Positions 51,731-61,818 are shown, counted from the first letter of the stretch. The stretch: 64,000 nucleotides of DNA from Patescibacteria group bacterium (GCA_018895235.1 JAHIOM010000010.1:2406-66405); one strand, 5' to 3'. Made by a program: numbers and translations. The notes: generated by a model not told the origin, from the letters alone.

Positions 51731-53905
51731 TTATTTTTTTGTTTTAGGCTTGAAGCCGGCCTCGATTGCAGAAAGATTAATTCTGCCCATTTCATCAACG
51801 GATATTACTTTTACCGGTATAATGTCGCCTATTTTTACTATCTCGTTTACGCTTTTTATCCGATAGGGGACAAAGTTAGAAATATGCACGAGCCCATCTA
51901 CTCCCGGTAGGGTTTCAACGAAAGCGCCGAAATCTAAAATCCTTTTTACCTCTCCCTGAAAAATCTCTCCAACCTGCACCTCCCTGGTCATGTTTTTGAT
52001 TTGTTGGATTGTTTTTTCCACCGCTTCATCGTCTTGGCCGGTGATATAAACCAAGCCGCTATCTTCTATATCAATGCTGACCTTGTATTGTTCTATCAAC
52101 TTATTTATTACGCTTCCCCTTGGTCCAACAACTTCGCCGATTTTGCTCGGGTTTATTTGGACGGTTTTAATTTTCGGTGCCCAGGGCGAAAGTGTTTCTC
52201 TTGGTTTAGATATGGTCTTATTTATTATATCGAGAATCTTTGATCTTGCCTCTTTGGCCAATGATAGAGCTTCTTTCATTATTTCCTTTGTGATGCCGTC
52301 TGTTTTAGTGTCCATTTGAATGGCAGTTATTCCATTTTTAGTGCCGGCCACCTTAAAATCCATTCCGCCAAGATGATCTTCCGGACCCTGGATATCAACT
52401 ATTAGTTTTTGTTTTTCCGGGTCTTCATTTTCAGCCAAGCCAATTGATATTCCGGCTGCCACTTCTTTAATTGGGACGCCGGCATCCATTAAAGCCAGCG
52501 TTGTCGCGCAGACAGAAGCCATTGAGGTTGAGCCGTTACTGGATAATACTTCTGAGACAACTCTTATTGTATAGGGGAATTGTTCAAAATCAGGAATTAG
52601 AGGCAGTAGGGCCTTTTCAACCAAACAACCGTGTCCGATTTCTCTTCTTTTCGGTCCCCTTAAAAAACTGACTTCGCCCGAAGAATAGGGAGGAAAATTA
52701 TAATGGTGCATGAAACGCTTTTTACCAATGAACTCCATACCTTCTAACAACTGCTGGTCTTTTGGTCCGCCTAAAGTCAGGATAGACAAAACCCTTGTCA
52801 GGCCGCGCGAGAACAGGCCGGAGCCATGAGTTCTCGGCAAAACCCCAACCTCGCAGGATATTTTCCTAAGTTCGTCTCTTTTTCTGCCATCAGGCCGTTT
52901 GTTATCTTCAATAATATTTTTGTAGATTGCTTTTTTAAGTTCTTTTTCAAAATATTCAAGCCCGGTTTTTATTTTTGTTGGGTCAGAGTATTTTTCTTTA
53001 ATTAAATTAACTAATTCTTCCTTTAAGTCAGCTATAGTGCCGATGTCTTTTTCTTTCGGCGCTATAGTTTTTAATCCGTTCTCTAATTTATTTTTAGCGA
53101 ATTCTTTCACTTCTTTTTCTAACTGATGATCAACGACAGTAGGTAAGGTAATTTTTTCTTTACCTATTTCTTCGGTTATTTTCTTTTGGAAATCAATAAG
53201 TTTTTTTAATTCTGGTTCAGCTGCCTTAGTAGCTTCTATAACATCTTCTTCTGAAATTTCTTTTGCTCCCATTTCTATCATATTAATCAGGATTTTTTTG
53301 TTTGCTTCAATAGCAGTTAAAACCAAATCAATGTCGCTTTTCTCTCTTTCTTCATAGGTTGGGTTAAAAACCCATTTCTTATCAACCCTTCGACTACGCT
53401 CAGGGTTGATGGTGAGCGGAGTCGAACCATCAATTCTTCCCACCCTTATTACGCTGACTGGTCCCTGGAAGGGTATATCAGAAATAGACAATGCCGTTGA
53501 AGCCGCAATCATACCCAAAACATCAGAGTCATTTTCTCCGTCCCATGAAAGACAAGTAACAATTATTTGGGTTTCTCTTTTGAATTCTTTTGGGAAGCGA
53601 GGCCTTATTGCCCTATCAATCATTCGGCCGGTTAAAATTGCTTCATCTGTCGGCCGGCCTTCTCTTCTGATAAAACGAGAGCCGAAAATTTTACCGGCAG
53701 CATAATGTCTTTCTTCGTAGTCAACCGTAAGAGGAAAAAAATCAACGGTTTCTGATTCTGCCGCCGACATCACCGCCGTTGCCAAAACTTCAGTTTCACC
53801 CATTTGAACCAAACAAGAGCCAGACGCTTGTTCTGCCCAGTTTGTTATTTTTATTTGCAGGATACGGCCGTTAATTTCAATTTGTTTTTTAATATCTTTT
53901 TCCAT
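51731..53905 (-). CDS. pnp: polyribonucleotide nucleotidyltransferase (PNPase)
   Basis: Two RNase PH domains, KH (GPRGSVINKLIEQ) and S1 (GEIFQGEVKRILDFGAFVE) at the C-terminus. Confidence 0.95.
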   Translation of the reverse strand: MEKDIKKQIEINGRILQIKITNWAEQASGSCLVQMGETEVLATAVMSAAESETVDFFPLTVDYEERHYAAGKIFGSRFIRREGRPTDEAILTGRMIDRAIRPRFPKEFKRETQIIVTCLSWDGENDSDVLGMIAASTALSISDIPFQGPVSVIRVGRIDGSTPLTINPERSRRVDKKWVFNPTYEEREKSDIDLVLTAIEANKKILINMIEMGAKEISEEDVIEATKAAEPELKKLIDFQKKITEEIGKEKITLPTVVDHQLEKEVKEFAKNKLENGLKTIAPKEKDIGTIADLKEELVNLIKEKYSDPTKIKTGLEYFEKELKKAIYKNIIEDNKRPDGRKRDELRKISCEVGVLPRTHGSGLFSRGLTRVLSILTLGGPKDQQLLEGMEFIGKKRFMHHYNFPPYSSGEVSFLRGPKRREIGHGCLVEKALLPLIPDFEQFPYTIRVVSEVLSSNGSTSMASVCATTLALMDAGVPIKEVAAGISIGLAENEDPEKQKLIVDIQGPEDHLGGMDFKVAGTKNGITAIQMDTKTDGITKEIMKEALSLAKEARSKILDIINKTISKPRETLSPWAPKIKTVQINPSKIGEVVGPRGSVINKLIEQYKVSIDIEDSGLVYITGQDDEAVEKTIQQIKNMTREVQVGEIFQGEVKRILDFGAFVETLPGVDGLVHISNFVPYRIKSVNEIVKIGDIIPVKVISVDEMGRINLSAIEAGFKPKTKK

Positions 53906-53920
53906 TATGTCTATTTTTTT

Positions 53921-54424
53921 TTATGTGTTTTTTAAAAGAAATTTTTGAGGAGTTTGGTCTAAATCTATAAATTCATCAGCCACATCTTTCAAATGGCTAG
54001 AGGTGGTTTTGCCAAAAGCCATTACTTCCACTCTTTTGCCTTGGTTTTTTAAATACTCAACCAAAGAGATAAAATCGCCGTCTCCCGAAACCAAAACAAT
54101 CACATCTAATGCTTGGGCGGTTCTGATGGCGTCAATAACTATACCCACGTCCCAGTCAGCTTTTTTCTGCCCGTCATAAAATTCTTGGAGATCCCGTATT
54201 CTTGTTTCAATTCCAAGCTTTGTTAACGCTTCAAAAAACGGCTTTTCTTCGCCGGTTTTTGTTCTGACTACATAAGCAAACGCCCTAATAAATTTTCTTT
54301 CAGCAATTGCCTGTTTTAAAATTTCTTTGAAATTAACTTTAGAGTGATAGAGGTTTTTTGCCGAATGATAAAGATTTTGGACATCAATCAGCACTTCTAC
54401 TCTTTGTTCTTTTGGTTTCGCCAT
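53921..54424 (-). CDS. NYN/LabA-like (DUF88) domain protein
   Basis: VLIDVQNLYHSAK... and VIVLVSGDGDFISLVEYLKNQGKRVEVMAF are typical of the LabA/NYN family. Confidence 0.75.
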   Translation of the reverse strand: MAKPKEQRVEVLIDVQNLYHSAKNLYHSKVNFKEILKQAIAERKFIRAFAYVVRTKTGEEKPFFEALTKLGIETRIRDLQEFYDGQKKADWDVGIVIDAIRTAQALDVIVLVSGDGDFISLVEYLKNQGKRVEVMAFGKTTSSHLKDVADEFIDLDQTPQKFLLKNT

Positions 54425-54447
54425 AATTATGCAGATGTTTAATCTGC

Positions 54448-54702
54448 CTATATTTTCTTGATAATTGCATTATATCTCTTTTCCGACTCTTTTTTTAGGT
54501 AGGCCAGGAGTTTTTTTCTTTTAACTACCATTTTAATCAATCCTCTTTTCGAATGGAAATCTTGTGGGTGTTTTTTAAGATGCAAAACAAGCTTACCAAT
54601 TTCCTCGGTTAATAAGCCAATTTGGACCTCCGGAGAACCGGTATCAGTGTCATGAATCCCGTGTTCTTTAATAATTTTCGATTTCTTTTCTGGTTTTAAC
54701 AT
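54448..54702 (-). CDS. rpsO: 30S ribosomal protein S15
   Basis: DTGSPEVQIGLLTEEI..L..HLKKHPQDFHSKRGL..MV.KRKKLL.YL. Start set at the ATG at 54702, because the track start at 54726 is a TTG. Confidence 0.9.
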   Translation of the reverse strand: MLKPEKKSKIIKEHGIHDTDTGSPEVQIGLLTEEIGKLVLHLKKHPQDFHSKRGLIKMVVKRKKLLAYLKKESEKRYNAIIKKI

Positions 54703-54821
54703 ATGTTTTTTAATTAAATTATACAATCCTTTTTTAAAAATAAAAAGAAAGTCTAACTTTCTTAACCATAATTGATTCTACTTATATTTATTTTTTTGTA
54801 AAGAGAATTTTTAATTTCATA

Positions 54822-54893
54822 TGCCCCCAGCAGGACTCGAACCTGCAACTCACAGCTTAAGAGGCTGTTACTCTACCATTGAGTTATAGGGGC
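54822..54893 (-). tRNA. tRNA-Lys (anticodon CTT), no encoded CCA
   Basis: Manual cloverleaf: acceptor GCCCCTA/TGGGGGC, anticodon arm ACAGC-CTCTTAA-GCTGT, T arm GCAGG-TTCGAGT-CCTGC. 72 nt. Confidence 0.9.
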
Positions 54894-54901
54894 AGAATTT
54901 A

Positions 54902-55267
54902 CTAAACCCTGGGAGTGGTGGCGCCAAGAGTGTCAAGAATAAAGTTAATAATTGCCCTAGCCCCTAGTGATAATACCAATCCGATAATAGCAGCAATCAA
55001 AATTTTCTTCCCCGTGTTTTTAAGTTCAGGATTGCCGGCAGAGACCAACAATATTATTCCGCCAAGCGTTATAAAAAGCATAGCCAAAATTGCAACAATT
55101 GTTAACAACCAATCTATTATTACTCCAGGCAGGCCAATTAAATCATTTAAAGTGCACATCGATTGACCCTCACCACCGCACTTAACAATTCCTTCTCCCT
55201 GTGCTGTTATACTAAGGGGGATTAACAAAAAAAACAACAAGATGAATATAATAAATGTTTTTTTCAT
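54902..55267 (-). CDS. stand-alone VirB2/TrbC-like T4SS pilin
   Basis: Signal peptide, then TM1, ILLVSAGNPELKNTGKKILIAAIIGLVLSLG and TM2. Same core as the pilin modules at 28-33.5 kb. Confidence 0.65.
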   Translation of the reverse strand: MKKTFIIFILLFFLLIPLSITAQGEGIVKCGGEGQSMCTLNDLIGLPGVIIDWLLTIVAILAMLFITLGGIILLVSAGNPELKNTGKKILIAAIIGLVLSLGARAIINFILDTLGATTPRV

Positions 55268-55358
55268 AATTTTTAATTAATTTTATCATTTTATTATAAA
55301 AATGTAAACAAAAACCCTTTTACTAGGATTTTTAAAATCGACAATTAGAAATCTAGAA

Positions 55359-56501
55359 CTAACGCAAAATAGCCCTTAAATCTTGCGTTGTTTTTTTGCG
55401 GATTTGATCTTGAATTTTATTTATCTCTTCGTTCTTCAGCGTTCTTTCCGGCGAACGGTAAACTATGCGGAACGTATAACTCTTTTTGTCTTTCCCAAAT
55501 TTTGCATCGTTTTTGTAGCTGTCTAAAAGTTTTACTTCTTCTATTAAATTTTCTGCAAAGTCTCTTATAATTTCGTAATAATTATTTAAATTTATATTCT
55601 TGTCAATTATAAAAGAAATATCTCTTGAAATTGGCGGATATTTGCTGACTTCTTTAAATTTACTGTTTATGTCTTTAAACTGGCTGGTAATACGCGGATC
55701 TTCCGACCACAAAATTCTTATGTCAGGAATCCCCATTTTTATCATTGCCAATCTGTCTCCGAACCCAAAAGCCCAGCCATTGTAAACTTTAGGATCCAAC
55801 CCAAAATTTTTCAAAACTTGCGGGTGCACCAACCCAGCTCCATTCACTTCCATCCATTCTCCGTTAAATTTAATGTCCATTTCAAGACTTTCCACAGTAT
55901 AAGGGAACGAGTCGGGAATAAATTTCCACTCGACGCGTGAACCAAAAATACCCTTTGCCAAATCAACTTGGACATCTTTTAAATCTTCTTGAGTAATAAC
56001 TTTCTGGGATTTTTCACAAATATATAGGCCGTCAATTTGGTGAAAGGCAGGATAATGATTTCTGTCAATTTCGTCTTTGCGGAAAACAATTCCAACACAC
56101 AGTGCCTCAATATGGCCATCTTTTTTCAGTTTTTCTAAAACCTCTTGATCTTTTAAATAAAATGACCAAAAAGCTGTTGTGTGAGTACGCAAAATATGGA
56201 TGTTGTCTAGATAATAAGTGTCTGTTTCCTTTCTGCTTGGATGAGTTTGGGGCATATTTAAAAGGTCAAAACATTGTTCAACGGTTACAATTCGCGGAAA
56301 ATCAACCAAATCAAAATTCTTAAATCTTGGTAGTTTAATTATTTGGTCGAATAAAATTTTTACAGGAGAATTTTTCTTTTTTGTTAAATCGAACAGCTTT
56401 AACAATCTTTTGACTCTTTCTGCCTTAATATCGGTTCTTTTCTCTAATCCTTTGATTAAACCATTCTCCTTTTTATCTTTTATAACAATGTTTTTCCGCA
56501 T
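55359..56501 (-). CDS. pheS: single-chain phenylalanyl-tRNA synthetase of the mitochondrial (FARS2-like) type: catalytic alpha-like core + C-terminal FDX-ACB domain
   Basis: THPSRKETDTYYL..ILRTHTT, FRKDEIDRNHYPAFHQ, GWAFGFGDRLAMIKMGIPDIRILW. Then KYPPISRDISFIID....SYTFRIVYRSPERTLKNEEINKI, an FDX-ACB-type anticodon-binding domain. Confidence 0.8.
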   Translation of the reverse strand: MRKNIVIKDKKENGLIKGLEKRTDIKAERVKRLLKLFDLTKKKNSPVKILFDQIIKLPRFKNFDLVDFPRIVTVEQCFDLLNMPQTHPSRKETDTYYLDNIHILRTHTTAFWSFYLKDQEVLEKLKKDGHIEALCVGIVFRKDEIDRNHYPAFHQIDGLYICEKSQKVITQEDLKDVQVDLAKGIFGSRVEWKFIPDSFPYTVESLEMDIKFNGEWMEVNGAGLVHPQVLKNFGLDPKVYNGWAFGFGDRLAMIKMGIPDIRILWSEDPRITSQFKDINSKFKEVSKYPPISRDISFIIDKNINLNNYYEIIRDFAENLIEEVKLLDSYKNDAKFGKDKKSYTFRIVYRSPERTLKNEEINKIQDQIRKKTTQDLRAILR

Positions 56502-56680
56502 GTTTTTTATATTATATCAAAATAACCACTCCATTTGGAAGGTGGTTTTGAAGAATATGCCACTGGCAGGACTCGTCCGGTGATTAACACCGGGCGCCTC
56601 GTGTTCATCACAGGGCGAACTTCCAATTTTTTTGATTTCAAAGCAAAAAAATTATCTTCACCTGCCCAAATTTTACTTTA

Positions 56681-56752
56681 TGCCCCCAGAGAGATTCGAA
56701 CTCCCAACTTTTGCTTCGAAGGCAAACATGATATCCGTTTCACTATGGAGGC
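56681..56752 (-). tRNA. tRNA-Arg (anticodon TCG), no encoded CCA
   Basis: Manual cloverleaf: acceptor GCCTCCA/TGGGGGC, anticodon arm TTTGC-CTTCGAA-GCAAA, T arm GGGAG-TTCGAAT-CTCTC. 72 nt. Confidence 0.85.
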
Positions 56753-56884
56753 GAATTTTATCTGAATTTTACCACAAAATTGTTCATTCGGCAAGCTCAG
56801 GACAACCCTGAATTACGATTGAACGGATTGAAGAAAATCAAATTTTAAGATAGAATTAAAAATGAAATTATAGAAACAATAATT

Positions 56885-58342
56885 ATGGTTATACCAAAAG
56901 AAGTAAAATCTGTTGTTGAGAAGCTTAAAAAATCAGGTTTTGAAGCATATATTGTCGGCGGTTGCGTCCGTGATTTTTTAATTAGTGTTGAACCCAAAGA
57001 TTGGGATATTACAACCAATGCCAAACCAGGAGAGATTCAAAAAATATTCCCAAAGAGTTTTTACGAGAATAAATTCCTTACCGTTACTGTAAAAACCAAC
57101 AGTAAAAAAGAAAAATTGCAGGAGATTGAAATTACCACCTATCGCTTAGAAACAAAATATACGGATAAAAGGCATCCTGATGAGATAAGTTTTGCCAAAA
57201 CATTACAAGACGATTTGGCAAGGCGGGATTTTACTATAAACGCGATTGCGCTAGAACCCCAAAAAACCAAAAATAAAATTATAGATTTGTATTCCGGCCA
57301 GGAAGATTTAAAAAATAGAATTATCAGGACCGTAGGAAATCCAGAAGAAAGATTTTCCGAAGATGCTTTAAGGATGATGAGGGCAGTAAGATTTGCGACA
57401 ACCCTTGGCTTTAAAATAGAAGAAAAAACAGCAAATGCTATTAAGAAAAATGCCGCTCAATTGGAGGCGATTTCAAAAGAAAGAATCAGAGACGAGTTTT
57501 TGAAAATTGTTATGTCAGAAAGAGCGGATGAGGGTATAGAATTATTGCGGGAGTTGGGTCTATTAAAGTTTATTGTTCCTGAATTAGAGGAGGGCTATAA
57601 AATCAGCCAGAATAAACACCATATTTATGATTGCTGGCAACATTCTGTCTTTTCTTTAAAATACGCGGCTCAAAAACGGTTCAATCAAAATGTTAAATTA
57701 GCTGCTTTATTCCACGATATTGGGAAACCCAGAGTAAAAAGAGGAGAGGGTTTAGATGCCACTTTTTACAACCACGAAATAGTAGGCGCAAAGATAACTA
57801 AAGAAATATTAGAAAGATTAAAATTTTCCAAAAAAGACATTGAAAAGATAGTGAAATTGGTTCGTTACCATCTGTTTTACTATAATGCCGGAGAAGTTAA
57901 AGATTCTTCGGTAAGAAGATTAGTCAGAAATGTTGGGCCTGAAAGTATGGAGGAATTGTTGCAGGTAAGAATGGCAGATAGAATTGGTTCGGGGGTACCC
58001 AAAGCCGAACCATATAAGTTGCGCCATCTTAAATATGTGGTTGACAAAGTCAGCCAAGACCCGATTTCAGCTCAAATGTTAAAAACCAATGGAAATGAAA
58101 TAATGAAATTATTGGATATAAAGCCCGGTCCGAAAATTGGACAAATTTTAGATATCTTGTTAGGCGAAGTTTTAACAGATCCAAAGAAAAATAAAAAAGA
58201 GTTATTAAAAAAAGAAGTTGAAAAATTGGGCAAGTTATCTGATAATGAATTGGAAAAACTATCTGATAGTGCTAAAAAAGAAAGGGAAAAGATAGAAACC
58301 AAAAAAGACGAAATGACAAAACAGAAGTATTGGGTTACTTAA
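56885..58342 (+). CDS. cca: CCA-adding tRNA nucleotidyltransferase with HD domain
   Basis: EAYIVGGCVRDFLI, RRDFTINAIA, and HD motif ALFHDIGKP. Confidence 0.9.
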   Translation: MVIPKEVKSVVEKLKKSGFEAYIVGGCVRDFLISVEPKDWDITTNAKPGEIQKIFPKSFYENKFLTVTVKTNSKKEKLQEIEITTYRLETKYTDKRHPDEISFAKTLQDDLARRDFTINAIALEPQKTKNKIIDLYSGQEDLKNRIIRTVGNPEERFSEDALRMMRAVRFATTLGFKIEEKTANAIKKNAAQLEAISKERIRDEFLKIVMSERADEGIELLRELGLLKFIVPELEEGYKISQNKHHIYDCWQHSVFSLKYAAQKRFNQNVKLAALFHDIGKPRVKRGEGLDATFYNHEIVGAKITKEILERLKFSKKDIEKIVKLVRYHLFYYNAGEVKDSSVRRLVRNVGPESMEELLQVRMADRIGSGVPKAEPYKLRHLKYVVDKVSQDPISAQMLKTNGNEIMKLLDIKPGPKIGQILDILLGEVLTDPKKNKKELLKKEVEKLGKLSDNELEKLSDSAKKEREKIETKKDEMTKQKYWVT

Positions 58343-58347
58343 TTCTA

Positions 58348-58420
58348 CGGGGCGTGGTGTAACAGTAACATGCACGGTTCGGGTCCGTGAGATTTCTGGG
58401 TGCAAATCCCAGCGCCCCGA
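58348..58420 (+). tRNA. tRNA-Pro (anticodon CGG), no encoded CCA
   Basis: Acceptor CGGGGCG/CGCCCCG (C1:G72), anticodon arm CACGG-TTCGGGT-CCGTG, T arm CTGGG-TGCAAAT-CCCAG. The T-loop reads TGC rather than TTC. 73 nt. Confidence 0.8.
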
Positions 58421-58475
58421 TAAAAAAAAGATCTGGATCTTCCCTGGGTTTTTTTATTTTTAAAATCTGAAATTC

Positions 58476-59531
58476 TTATTTAGAAAATTCCGCAGCTAAT
58501 ATCCAATAAGGATCCTTTTTGGGGTATTTGAGCGTTCGCTCTGTGCCGTTTTTAGTTATTTTTAATCCTTTGCTTTCGGGTACAACCTCCCCGACAACTT
58601 GGCTTAATATTCCTTTTTTATTCAACGCCTTAACAACGCTGTCAGATTCTTTTTTATCAACCATAGCTATTAACGTGCCTTCGCTGATTGCGCAAAAGGG
58701 ATCAAACTTAAATAATTCCGCAGTCTTTTTAATGACCGGCTGGATTGGGATTAAATCTTCTTCAATTGCTAATCCATAATTTCCCACTCTTGCCATTTCG
58801 TATAAGCCGCCCCATATTCCGCATTCAGTTGCGTCATGCATTACATGCACCCCTTCAAAATTTCTTGCTATAGCGCAGTCGTCCATTACCGACATTTGGT
58901 AGAAAACGCCCTCCGCCTCCTTTTGGAAATCTTTTCCTCCAGCCTCAATGAACTTATGGGGGAATAAGACCGCTAACAACCCCGTGGTTTCTATCGCCGG
59001 ACCCTTAGTAATAATCACCTTATCACCCATTTTTACTTTATGCGGACCCCTTAGCTCCTTTAAAGTTCCTACCGCAATTGATGTGGCACCGCCGACCATT
59101 GGATAATTGCAGCCGGTGTATCTTGCGGTGTGTCCGGTTAAAACGCTTATGTTATATTTTTTAGATTCGGCGTGAACCGTTTCCCATATTTCTTTCAACT
59201 CGGATTCTTTCATTTCTGGCGGCAGGTTTAAATCTATTGTCAGGTATTTTGGAATGAGGCCGGAAACAGCCACATCGCAGAATATAATATGAAAGCCAAA
59301 CCAAGCGGCTTTTTTAAACCCGAAAGAAGGAATAATAAAAAACGGATCTGTTGACATAGCAAGACAATTATTTCCTATTTTAAGAACGCCATAGTCAACA
59401 CCATGCTGGGGCCCTATAATTATATTTTTATCCTTTACTCCAAGGCGGGGATAAATTACGCGGTCAAAAAACCCAGGATGAATTTTACCAAGTTCAGGCA
59501 GCTTTTCTCTTGGTCTTTTTGCCTTTGGCAT
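58476..59531 (-). CDS. AIR-synthase-related (PurM/ThiL/HypE superfamily) protein
   Basis: GVDYGVLKIGNNCLAMSTDPFF and GHTARY..., followed by a C-terminal PurM-like domain. Confidence 0.55.
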   Translation of the reverse strand: MPKAKRPREKLPELGKIHPGFFDRVIYPRLGVKDKNIIIGPQHGVDYGVLKIGNNCLAMSTDPFFIIPSFGFKKAAWFGFHIIFCDVAVSGLIPKYLTIDLNLPPEMKESELKEIWETVHAESKKYNISVLTGHTARYTGCNYPMVGGATSIAVGTLKELRGPHKVKMGDKVIITKGPAIETTGLLAVLFPHKFIEAGGKDFQKEAEGVFYQMSVMDDCAIARNFEGVHVMHDATECGIWGGLYEMARVGNYGLAIEEDLIPIQPVIKKTAELFKFDPFCAISEGTLIAMVDKKESDSVVKALNKKGILSQVVGEVVPESKGLKITKNGTERTLKYPKKDPYWILAAEFSK

Positions 59532-59557
59532 GTTTTTGATTTTTTTCTTTATTATTT

Positions 59558-61750
59558 TTATAATTTCATTCTTTTCAACCTCAAAGAATTAGAAACCACA
59601 GAAAAAGAGCTGAAAGCCATGGCAGCCGCGGCAATAAGGGGGCCCATCATAGTAGCCAACATCCCAAAAGCCGCCACTGGGATTACGACAACATTGTAAA
59701 TAAACGCCCAAAAAAGATTTTGGCGGATAACCCTGAAAGTTGCTCGGCTTAGTTTTATAGATTCTACCAATGCTCCTAAATCACCCCTAACAAGAGTAAT
59801 TTCTCCTGCTTCAATCGCAATATCAGTGCCTGTTCCAATTGCTAATCCGACATCAGCTTGGGTTAGGGCTGGCGCGTCATTTATCCCGTCACCCACCATT
59901 GCTACTTTTACTTTACCTTCTTCTTGCAGTTTTTTTATTACATTAACTTTTTCATCAGGCAGAACCTCAGCAATAACATCATCTATCCCCGCTGTTTTGG
60001 CAATGGCTTTTGCCGTTCTTTCGTTGTCGCCTGTCAGCATAACAGTTTTAAACCCCATTTTGTGAAGGTCCTCAATTGCTTTTTTTGTTTCGCTCTTTAA
60101 AGTATCGGCCACGGCTATTACGCCCAATAACCTATTTTCTTCGGCCACAAACATAACGGTTTTTCCTTCTTCCTGCAGTTTTTCAACGACTTCTTGGGCA
60201 AAAGAGATATTGATATTATTTTCTTCCAACAATTCTTTTCTTCCAACAAGAATCTTTTTCCCATTGATTTCGGCGATAATTCCTTTGCCGAACAAGGCCT
60301 TAAAGTTTTTTAAAGTCAAAATTTCAATTGATTTTTCTTTGGCTCTGGCAACAATTGCTTTGCCCAAAGAGTGTTCAGACCCTGTTTCTGCTGAGGCAGC
60401 TTTTTGCAAAATATCATTTTCGCTGATGCCTTCTTGAAAAACTTTAATATCTGTTACATCTGGAGCCCCTTTTGTCAGAGTACCTGTTTTGTCTAAGACA
60501 ATTATTTTTGTTTTGCCCATTAATTCAATCGCCTCTCCCCGCCTGATAAGAATTCCTTGTTTTGCTCCTCTGCCGATTCCGACAGTTAAAGCAGTAGGCG
60601 TTGCCAATCCTAAAGCGCAAGGACAGGCAATAATTAAAACCGTAATTGTCGCCACTATTGCCACAAACCAATTCCCCAGAATTAACCAACCAGTAATAGT
60701 TAGTAAAGCAATTATTAAAACCGCTGGCACAAAATAAGAGGTAACCTTGTCGGCAAATTCCTGAATTGGAATGCGGGATTTTTGGGCCTCTTCAACCAAT
60801 TTAACAACTTGGGCAAAAAAAGTATCTTTGCCGACTTTTGTTGCCTGAATTTTCAACAAACCCTCCTGATTAACTGTTGCCCCAATCACTTCGTCATCTT
60901 TTCTTTTTTCCACTGGCAAGGACTCGCCAGTTGCCATTGATTCGTCAACCGATGACTGGCCCTCTATTACTCTTCCATCAGTTGGAATTTTTTCTCCGGG
61001 TCTAACAACCATAATATCTTCCACTTTTAATTCTTCAATTGGAATTTCTTTTTCCTCTCCATCTACTAAAATTTTAGCTGTTTTTGCTCCTAACTTTAAA
61101 AGCTCCCTAAGGGCTTCAGAAGTTTTACCTCTTGCCCGTGTTTCCAAATACCTTCCTAATAATTGGAAAGCCATAATAAAAGCTGCAATTTCAAAAAAGA
61201 CCGGCACCTCAACAAAAAAACTAGCCACTCCGAATAAAAAAGCGGCAGAAGTGCCAATTGAAATCAAAACATCCATATTGGCGTAAAACCGGCGGATAGC
61301 TTTAATGGCAGAAAGGTGGGCTTGAAAACCGATTACATAAACAACGACAAAAGCGAGGGAGGCCTCTATTATTGATTGCAAAAAATGTGACTCAATTCCC
61401 GGAACTTTTAATCCAAAGAGAGGCCAATCAAGATACATCGCCGCCATTGTAAACATCAAAGGAACGCTCAAAACTAACGCCCAAAATGCCCGAAGTTTTG
61501 CCTGCCGAACATTTCTCTGTTCTTCAATTTCCTCTTCGCTCACCCCTCTTACAATTTTATAGCCAAGTTTTTCAACAATAGTTTTCAAATCGTTTTCCGA
61601 AACCGTTTCTTCTGCTTCAACAAACATCTGAGAGGTGCCGAAATTAACATTAACCGAATTAACGCCCGAGTGTTTTTTCACCTGCGCCTCAATATTTCTG
61701 GCGCACGAAGCGCAGTGCATTCCAGATATTTTTAAAATTATTTTTTCCAT
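59558..61750 (-). CDS. copA: copper-translocating P1B-type ATPase
   Basis: N-terminal HMA GMHCASC, CPC motif [27 protein letters not shown]. Confidence 0.95.
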   Translation of the reverse strand: MEKIILKISGMHCASCARNIEAQVKKHSGVNSVNVNFGTSQMFVEAEETVSENDLKTIVEKLGYKIVRGVSEEEIEEQRNVRQAKLRAFWALVLSVPLMFTMAAMYLDWPLFGLKVPGIESHFLQSIIEASLAFVVVYVIGFQAHLSAIKAIRRFYANMDVLISIGTSAAFLFGVASFFVEVPVFFEIAAFIMAFQLLGRYLETRARGKTSEALRELLKLGAKTAKILVDGEEKEIPIEELKVEDIMVVRPGEKIPTDGRVIEGQSSVDESMATGESLPVEKRKDDEVIGATVNQEGLLKIQATKVGKDTFFAQVVKLVEEAQKSRIPIQEFADKVTSYFVPAVLIIALLTITGWLILGNWFVAIVATITVLIIACPCALGLATPTALTVGIGRGAKQGILIRRGEAIELMGKTKIIVLDKTGTLTKGAPDVTDIKVFQEGISENDILQKAASAETGSEHSLGKAIVARAKEKSIEILTLKNFKALFGKGIIAEINGKKILVGRKELLEENNINISFAQEVVEKLQEEGKTVMFVAEENRLLGVIAVADTLKSETKKAIEDLHKMGFKTVMLTGDNERTAKAIAKTAGIDDVIAEVLPDEKVNVIKKLQEEGKVKVAMVGDGINDAPALTQADVGLAIGTGTDIAIEAGEITLVRGDLGALVESIKLSRATFRVIRQNLFWAFIYNVVVIPVAAFGMLATMMGPLIAAAAMAFSSFSVVSNSLRLKRMKL

Positions 61751-61818
61751 AAATTTTACATTGCTAGTTTATTAGAAAAGTATAAAACTAGTATTTTTCT
61801 CCTAAAAATATAATTAAT

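Noticed and set aside
56535-56765. 76-aa plus-strand ORF from the track.
   Set aside because: It overlaps tRNA-Arg (56681-56752) and a structured spacer on the opposite strand, and has no RBS. It is a spurious ORF.
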